Source: an uncultured Bacteroidales bacterium
GTDB taxonomy: Bacteria; Bacteroidota; Bacteroidia; Bacteroidales; UBA932
Assembly: GCA_947367375.1 (NCBI GenBank)
Contig: CANBDZ010000001.1
Location: 3,972 to 67,971 of the forward strand
Direction of reading: 5' to 3'
DNA: 64,000 bases
Position numbers and translations under genes: made by a program. Of the stretch, positions 58,542-64,000 are shown piece after piece (position 1 is the first letter of the stretch; every line of letters begins with the position of its first letter). The notes under the pieces were generated by a model. That model was not told the DNA's origin, did no database searches, and saw nothing but the letters and a program-made list of their open reading frames with translations.

Positions 58542-59897
58542 TTAGTCGATTCGCTTGCAAAGGAGGGTTGCCGGAGTCACGCTTGTGACCTCGACCTCGC
58601 AGTAGTCTCCTGCCTTTTCTCCGCGTGAAGGGAAGACGCACATCTTGTAGTTGCCGGCTCTTCCGCAGAGTTCGTCAGGATTTCTCTTTGAAGGACCCTC
58701 TACGAGCACCTTGAGTCTTCTTCCGACTTCCTTCTCGTTGCTCTTGAGGCTCATGCGGCCCTGGAGCTCGATGATCTCGTTCAGACGCTTGGTCTTGGTC
58801 TCGTAAGGGATGTCGTCAGGATACTTTCTTGATGCAAGAGTTCCAGGACGCTCCGAGTAGGCGAACATGAACGCCGAGTCGAAGACTACCTCCTCCATAA
58901 GTGTGAGGGTGTCCTTGTGGTCCTGCTCAGTCTCGCCGCAGAAGCCTGCGATGACGTCAGTGGTGATGCCGCAGTCCGGAATCACGCTTCTGATCTTCTT
59001 CACTCTCTCGAGGTACCATTCGCGGTTGTACTTTCTTCTCATCTTCTCCAGCATGATGCTGCTGCCTGACTGTACAGGGAGGTGGATGTGCTTGCAGATG
59101 TTGTCATACATCGCCATAGTGTAGATAACCTCGTCGCTGATGTCCTTAGGATGCGATGTCGAGAAGCGCACGCGGAGCTCCGGACTAATCTTCGCCACCA
59201 TCTCAAGGAGCTGGGCGAAGTTCACGTTGTTTGCCGGATTTTCCTTGTCCTTCCAGAAATATGAATCCACATTCTGGCCAAGGAGTGTAACCTCCTTATA
59301 GCCGTTTGCATATATTTCCTGAGCCTCACGGAGGATAGACTGAGGTTCGCGGCTGCGCTCTGCTCCTCGGGTGTAAGGTACCACGCAGTACGAGCACACA
59401 TTATTACATCCTCTCATGATGGATATGAAAGCAGACACTCCGTTCTTGTCAAGTCTGACAGGGGAGATCTCTGCGTATGTCTCTTCGTGCGAGAGCAGTA
59501 CATTGATCTGAGGATTGTCTGGTCTGATGGCCCTGAGCAGCTCAGGAAGGGATCTGTAAGAGTCCGGTCCTGCCACGAGGTCAACAGCCTCAAGAAGCTT
59601 GTCCTTGAGTCTTTCTGCCATACAGCCTACGATACCAATTATCACTCCGTCTCTTTTTCTCTTCTGGAGCTTGAACTGGTCGATGCGTCCCCATATTCTC
59701 TGCTCTGCGTTGTCTCTGATCGAGCATGTGTTGGCAAGAATCACATCTGCTTCGTCCATTGATTCTGTCAGGGCATAACCTTCCTCCTGCAGAATGGAAA
59801 GAATCACCTCGCTGTCGTTCACATTCATCTGACAGCCGTAGGTTTCTATATATACCTTCGGTCTTGAAGGGTCGATTATTGGTTTGATATTTCGCAT
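58542..59897 (-). CDS. miaB: tRNA-i6A37 methylthiotransferase
   Basis: TYGCQMN, NTCSIR, GCMAE, radical SAM motif CNNVCSYC, C-terminal TRAM domain. Confidence 0.96.
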   Translation of the reverse strand: MRNIKPIIDPSRPKVYIETYGCQMNVNDSEVILSILQEEGYALTESMDEADVILANTCSIRDNAEQRIWGRIDQFKLQKRKRDGVIIGIVGCMAERLKDKLLEAVDLVAGPDSYRSLPELLRAIRPDNPQINVLLSHEETYAEISPVRLDKNGVSAFISIMRGCNNVCSYCVVPYTRGAERSREPQSILREAQEIYANGYKEVTLLGQNVDSYFWKDKENPANNVNFAQLLEMVAKISPELRVRFSTSHPKDISDEVIYTMAMYDNICKHIHLPVQSGSSIMLEKMRRKYNREWYLERVKKIRSVIPDCGITTDVIAGFCGETEQDHKDTLTLMEEVVFDSAFMFAYSERPGTLASRKYPDDIPYETKTKRLNEIIELQGRMSLKSNEKEVGRRLKVLVEGPSKRNPDELCGRAGNYKMCVFPSRGEKAGDYCEVEVTSVTPATLLCKRID

Positions 59898-59923
59898 TTT
59901 TCTACCTCTTTTCCTATGAAATA

Positions 59924-59960
59924 CAAAGATAGGATTTTTCGCTGAATATAGTTATCTTTG
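59924..59960. promoter_or_regulatory. Back-to-back divergent -7 promoter elements
   Basis: TATCTTTG on the minus strand (59924-59931) and on the plus strand (59953-59960). Confidence 0.65.
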
Positions 59961-59981
59961 CGTTGATGTAATGATAGTATT

Positions 59982-60467
59982 ATGAGAAAATTTACAAGCA
60001 GATTTACCCTGATTGCTCTTCTTGCAACCCTTCTTTGCATGACTGGTTGTGTGAATGTCAAGAAGTTACAGGAGATCAAGATCGTGGATGCAAAACTAGA
60101 AAGCCTTTCGCCTGTAAGCCTGAAGCAGTACATCGTGACAGGCTCTGTGACTGTCGACAATCCTGCAGCAGAAGTGTCTCTTTCTGAAATTTCTGGTGTC
60201 TTGGAGCACAATGGCAAGGTTATTGGTAGCATCGCCGTCGACCCATTTACATTGAGTGCAAAATCAGAGCAGACATACACCCTGCGTGCGGATGCAAAAG
60301 TGGCTGATGGCATAGGCATATTCGAACTCGCAAAGTATATGGACAAGGCTGTCCTGAAGCAGTGCGTAGTGGATGTAAAGGCAGATGTGCGCGTCAGAAA
60401 CGGCAAAGTCAGGACTATGGAACTTGAGGACATACCTTTGAATAAACTTTTAGAACTGATCAAATGA
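59982..60467 (+). CDS. Lipoprotein, LEA_2/WHy-like
   Basis: Lipobox MTGC; VTVDNP motif, all-beta pattern. Confidence 0.55.
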   Translation: MRKFTSRFTLIALLATLLCMTGCVNVKKLQEIKIVDAKLESLSPVSLKQYIVTGSVTVDNPAAEVSLSEISGVLEHNGKVIGSIAVDPFTLSAKSEQTYTLRADAKVADGIGIFELAKYMDKAVLKQCVVDVKADVRVRNGKVRTMELEDIPLNKLLELIK

Positions 60468-61048
60468 GAAAACCTATAATTGTAATCGTGGCATTTTTCG
60501 CCGCATTGCTTTCCCTCCCGCTTTCAGCTCAGGAAATTACCGAAATCCCTGAAGGCTATGAACTTGTAGACTCGCTCGTGTACAGACCGGTAGAGGTTGT
60601 AGACACAACTCTTGCAGGCAAGGATATATTTGCTATCATGCCGGTGGCTGTGGATGGTGAAGGTGCGGATGTAAGCATAAACCAGTCACCTGAAGTGGCG
60701 GCGGCTGTCAGAAAGCATGTACATTCGAATAACGGCAGGACTCTGAAGGGATATAGAGTAAGAATTTTCTTTGACAACAAGCAGACTGCCCGCACAGAGT
60801 CAGAGAAGATATTGAAGGAATTCAGAAAGGCTTATCCTGAGATTGCGGTATATAGAGTGTATGCCAACCCATATTTCAAGGTCACAGTCGGTGACTTCAG
60901 GACAAGATCGGAGGCGATGGAGATGCTCAGCCGCATCAAGTACAGCTTCCCGAGCGCATTCGTGGTGAAAGAGAATATAGAATATCCGGCAGTTGACAGC
61001 GAGCATGCTGTAATTGTAGATACAATAAAAGTGCTGAGACGTAAATAA
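60464..61048 (+). CDS. SPOR-domain secreted protein
   Basis: Signal peptide; GYRVRIF, PYFKVTVGDFRTRSEA, FPSAFVV. Confidence 0.85.
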   Translation: MRKPIIVIVAFFAALLSLPLSAQEITEIPEGYELVDSLVYRPVEVVDTTLAGKDIFAIMPVAVDGEGADVSINQSPEVAAAVRKHVHSNNGRTLKGYRVRIFFDNKQTARTESEKILKEFRKAYPEIAVYRVYANPYFKVTVGDFRTRSEAMEMLSRIKYSFPSAFVVKENIEYPAVDSEHAVIVDTIKVLRRK

Positions 61049-61089
61049 CAGCACGTTGGTTAGAGTGTAAATAATTAATTATCAGTGAG

Positions 61090-62499
61090 ATGTTAAAGCA
61101 AGGTTTGGAATTGAAGCAGACCCAGAAGCTCTCGCCTCTGCAGATTCAGACTATCAAGCTCATCGAGATGCCTGTGATGGAACTTGAGCAGCGCATCCGT
61201 AAGGAGATTGAAGAGAATCCTGTTCTGGATGAGGATGTGTCTTCGGAGTCTGAGGATGGAGAGGCTCCAAGAGAAGTTTCTTTGTCGGAGTACAAGGATG
61301 ATGATCCGATACCAAGCTACAGACTTAGAGCAGACAACTACTCTAAGGATGAGCGTCCACAGTACAACACATTCTCTGTGAAGGAAAGCTTCACCCAGAG
61401 CCTCCTCGAACAGCTCGGCTACAGAAACCTTACCGAGCATCAGTACTCGGTGGCTGCCTTCATCGTGGGAAGCCTTGATGACGACGGTTATCTCCGCAGA
61501 AGTGTTGACAGCATCGTGGATGACATCTCGTTCCGCGCAAACATCGAGACTACCGAGGAAGAAGTGCTCCAGATGCTCAAGGTCATTCAGGAGTTCGAGC
61601 CGGCAGGTGTAGGAGCCCGCGATCTTCGTGAGTGTCTCCTCCTTCAGATCAGACATTGCAAGAAGACGCCGGATGTGGAAAGGGCAATCAAGATCCTGAC
61701 CAACTACTTCAACGAATTCACCGGCAAGCACTTCCATAAGATAATGACCCGAATGAACATCACAGAGGACGAGCTGAAGGCGGCTATGGCCAAGATCCTC
61801 AAGCTCAATCCTTCTCCAGGAGGTCAGATCGATGATTCTTACACAGATCAGGCTCAGCAGATCGTCCCTGATTTCATCCTCGACTACACAGACGGTGACC
61901 TGAGACTCTCGATGCCTCGATTCTCATTGCCGGAACTGAAGGTGAACAGGAAGTATGCTGACATCCTGATGGATGCTGCTCATTCGTCAGACCGAGCCCA
62001 GAAGGAAGCTGCGGCTTTCGTGAAGAAGAAGCTCGACTCTGCAAAGTGGTTCGTCGAAGCCATCCGCCAGCGTCACAACACCCTTATGACCACAATGCAG
62101 GCCATTGTTGACTATCAGAGAGACTACTTTGTGGATGGAGATGAAACTAATCTTAAGCCGATGGTGCTCAAGGATATAGCGGAAGTGACAGGCTTTGATA
62201 TATCGACAATTTCACGAGTTGTGAACAGTAAGTATATTGAAACTCACTTCGGAATATATTCACTGAAGTATTTCTTCTCCGAGGGACTGGAAAACCAGGA
62301 GGGTGAGGAAGTCTCGACCCGCGAGTTGAAGAAGGCACTTCTCGAATGCGTCGAAAACGAGGACAAGCACAAGCCTCTCACCGACGACGAGCTCGTGGAC
62401 CAGATGACCATCAAGGGATATAAGGTCGCAAGAAGGACCATCGCCAAGTACAGGGATCAGCTGAATATACCGAAGGCCCGCCTTCGCAAAGAGTTATAA
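61090..62499 (+). CDS. rpoN: RNA polymerase sigma-54 factor
   Basis: LKQTQKLSPLQIQ, ENPVL, GVGARDLRECL, STISR, RpoN box ARRTIAKYR. Confidence 0.97.
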   Translation: MLKQGLELKQTQKLSPLQIQTIKLIEMPVMELEQRIRKEIEENPVLDEDVSSESEDGEAPREVSLSEYKDDDPIPSYRLRADNYSKDERPQYNTFSVKESFTQSLLEQLGYRNLTEHQYSVAAFIVGSLDDDGYLRRSVDSIVDDISFRANIETTEEEVLQMLKVIQEFEPAGVGARDLRECLLLQIRHCKKTPDVERAIKILTNYFNEFTGKHFHKIMTRMNITEDELKAAMAKILKLNPSPGGQIDDSYTDQAQQIVPDFILDYTDGDLRLSMPRFSLPELKVNRKYADILMDAAHSSDRAQKEAAAFVKKKLDSAKWFVEAIRQRHNTLMTTMQAIVDYQRDYFVDGDETNLKPMVLKDIAEVTGFDISTISRVVNSKYIETHFGIYSLKYFFSEGLENQEGEEVSTRELKKALLECVENEDKHKPLTDDELVDQMTIKGYKVARRTIAKYRDQLNIPKARLRKEL

Positions 62500-62533
62500 A
62501 AATAGGTTCTGTCGATTGACAGAACCTATTTTT
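62498..62533. terminator. Bidirectional terminator between rpoN and upp
   Basis: AAAAATAGGTTCTGTC-GATT-GACAGAACCTATTTTT, perfect 16-bp stem. Confidence 0.85.
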
Positions 62534-63179
62534 TCGCTCCATATGCAAGGTCTCCGGCATCGCCGAGGCCTGGAACTATGTATGAATGGCTTGTGAGCTC
62601 TTCGTCTATTGCGGCTACCCATAACGTGATGTTCTCATTCAACAGGTTTTTCTGAAGATACTCTACAGCGTAGGCGCTTGCTATAGGACACACAAAGTGT
62701 GTGTGCACCGGTTCGCTTCCCTCACACAGTTTCTTGTACGTGACTTCAAGGGATGAACCTGTTGCCAGCATGGTGTCAGCAAGGATGAGTATCTTGTCTG
62801 TAAGGTCAGGAGTGTTGCAATACTCTATGCTGATGTTGAAGTCTTCGCCCTTGTGGTACTTTCTATATGTTGCAATAAAGGCATTCTGTGCATCATCAAA
62901 GAAATTGAGGATGCCCTCGTGCAGTGGAAGACCTGCGCGCAGGATGGTTGCAATAACTACTTTCGTGTCGTAGGTCTGTATGTTTGCAATACCGAGTGGA
63001 GTCTCAACTGATTTGGGGCTGTAGTTCATGGTCTGGCTGATCTCGTATGCGAAAATGCTTCCGATTCTTTCGAGGTTTTTGCGGAACCTCATGCTGTCCT
63101 TCTGAACTTTCTTGTCACGCAGTTGTGCTACAAATGTGTTGAGGAGCGAATTCTTTTCTCCAAGATTTATGACCTTCAT
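62526..63179 (-). CDS. upp: Uracil phosphoribosyltransferase
   Basis: Start MKVINLG (ATG 63179); ILRAGLPL, DTMLATGSS, YIVPGLGDAGD. Confidence 0.93.
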   Translation of the reverse strand: MKVINLGEKNSLLNTFVAQLRDKKVQKDSMRFRKNLERIGSIFAYEISQTMNYSPKSVETPLGIANIQTYDTKVVIATILRAGLPLHEGILNFFDDAQNAFIATYRKYHKGEDFNISIEYCNTPDLTDKILILADTMLATGSSLEVTYKKLCEGSEPVHTHFVCPIASAYAVEYLQKNLLNENITLWVAAIDEELTSHSYIVPGLGDAGDLAYGAKK

Positions 63180-63229
63180 CTCTGTCGTGGTTGGTTGAGT
63201 TACAAATATACAGATTTTTAATAACAAAA

Positions 63230-63916
63230 TCAGAACCTGCACATTTCTTCGTCCGAGAAACTGTAATAAGATTTGGAGGCTATGACGATGTGGTCTATCA
63301 GGACTATGTCGCAGGTGTTCAGGGCCTTCTTCAGTCTGGCTGTCTCTTCGATGTCCGCCTTGCCCGGCATTGCGTTTCCAGACGGATGATTGTGGGCCAG
63401 GATGATGCCTGATGCCTTTTTCTCTATGGATCTCCTTATTATGGTCCTGATGTCTATGAGTGTTGCGTCTCCGCTTCCTGTTGTGATCCTCTCCTTGCTT
63501 ATCAGGTAGTTGGCCCTGTTCAGGAACAGTACCCAGCATTCTTCGTGATCCAGATCCCGCAGATGTGGGAAGAGGAGTCGCACTGCTGCTTTAGGTGATG
63601 ATACGCTCGTGTGCTCCTCTCTTGCTGCCTCCGCAGCGCATCGCCTGCCGAGCTCAAAGGCTGCCGCTATGCTCACAGCCTTGCCCGGCCCGATGCCCTT
63701 TATCTGACACAGCCTGTCTGTAGATAGCCCTGCCACTTCGTTTATCCGGTTACCGCAGCTGGCCAGCAGAGCCCTGGCAGTCTCGATCACATTCATCCCT
63801 CCTGTGCCCGTGCGGAGCATTATGGCCAGCAGTTCGGCATTGCTGAGAGCATCAGCGCCTTTCTCCAGCATCTTCTCACGAGGCCTTTCGTCCAAACTCA
63901 TTTCCTTCACCTTCAT
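63230..63916 (-). CDS. radC: RadC/JAB-domain protein
   Basis: Start MKVKEM; ERPREK, LSNAELLAI, GIGPGKA, HNHPSG, DHIVI. Confidence 0.93.
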   Translation of the reverse strand: MKVKEMSLDERPREKMLEKGADALSNAELLAIMLRTGTGGMNVIETARALLASCGNRINEVAGLSTDRLCQIKGIGPGKAVSIAAAFELGRRCAAEAAREEHTSVSSPKAAVRLLFPHLRDLDHEECWVLFLNRANYLISKERITTGSGDATLIDIRTIIRRSIEKKASGIILAHNHPSGNAMPGKADIEETARLKKALNTCDIVLIDHIVIASKSYYSFSDEEMCRF

Positions 63917-64000
63917 AGCCAAAACAGGACACCTTTCTATGCCCTCGGGCAAAGATAGATGTCCTGTCTGTATAAACCTTGAAATCTGGGCTTGAGGCCT

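Noticed and set aside
63180..63539. Apparent 120-aa N-terminal extension on upp
   Set aside because: It overlaps radC in another frame, and a TATATTTG promoter element at 63203-63210 supports the start at 63179.
63230..63916. radC as a marker of a mobile or defence element
   Set aside because: It is the full-length chromosomal type beside upp, with no integrase or transfer genes visible.

Overview
Bacteroidales-type chromosomal window, inferred from SusC/SusD genes, TAnnTTTG promoters, AT-rich leaders without Shine-Dalgarno sites, rseC-rnfBCDGEA order and a dcw cluster lacking murF/ddl. Bases 1-20.4 kb hold a minus-strand polysaccharide utilisation locus (PUL). In transcription order it reads: degenerate ROK, LacI-family regulator, ROK kinase, secreted creatininase-family amidohydrolase, two tandem SusC/SusD pairs, DUF1735-like and PKD lipoproteins, four tandem GH16 paralogues, and a GH2 that runs off the left edge. 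The rest is mostly housekeeping: two M23 peptidases, MerR, Nif3, zinc-ribbon protein, dnaB, the Rnf operon, gltX, the mraZ-ftsZ dcw cluster, a third M23, miaB-glpK-glpF, rpoN, upp and radC. An accessory block at 32.6-37.3 kb has two secreted transglutaminase-like paralogues and two small beta-barrels. Three observations stand out. (i) An intergenic array of palindromic units from two sequence families sits on an exact 73-bp period at 55.77-56.18 kb, with no cas or recombinase gene nearby. (ii) The PUL gene set suggests a deacetylase/exo-glucosaminidase route for an amino-sugar glycan. (iii) The PUL has an atypical regulator pair: a LacI lacking the hinge-helix motif, paired operators lacking the central CG, and a co-transcribed ROK lacking the ATP-binding Asp. 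All functional calls come from motif recognition by eye; no database searches were run.
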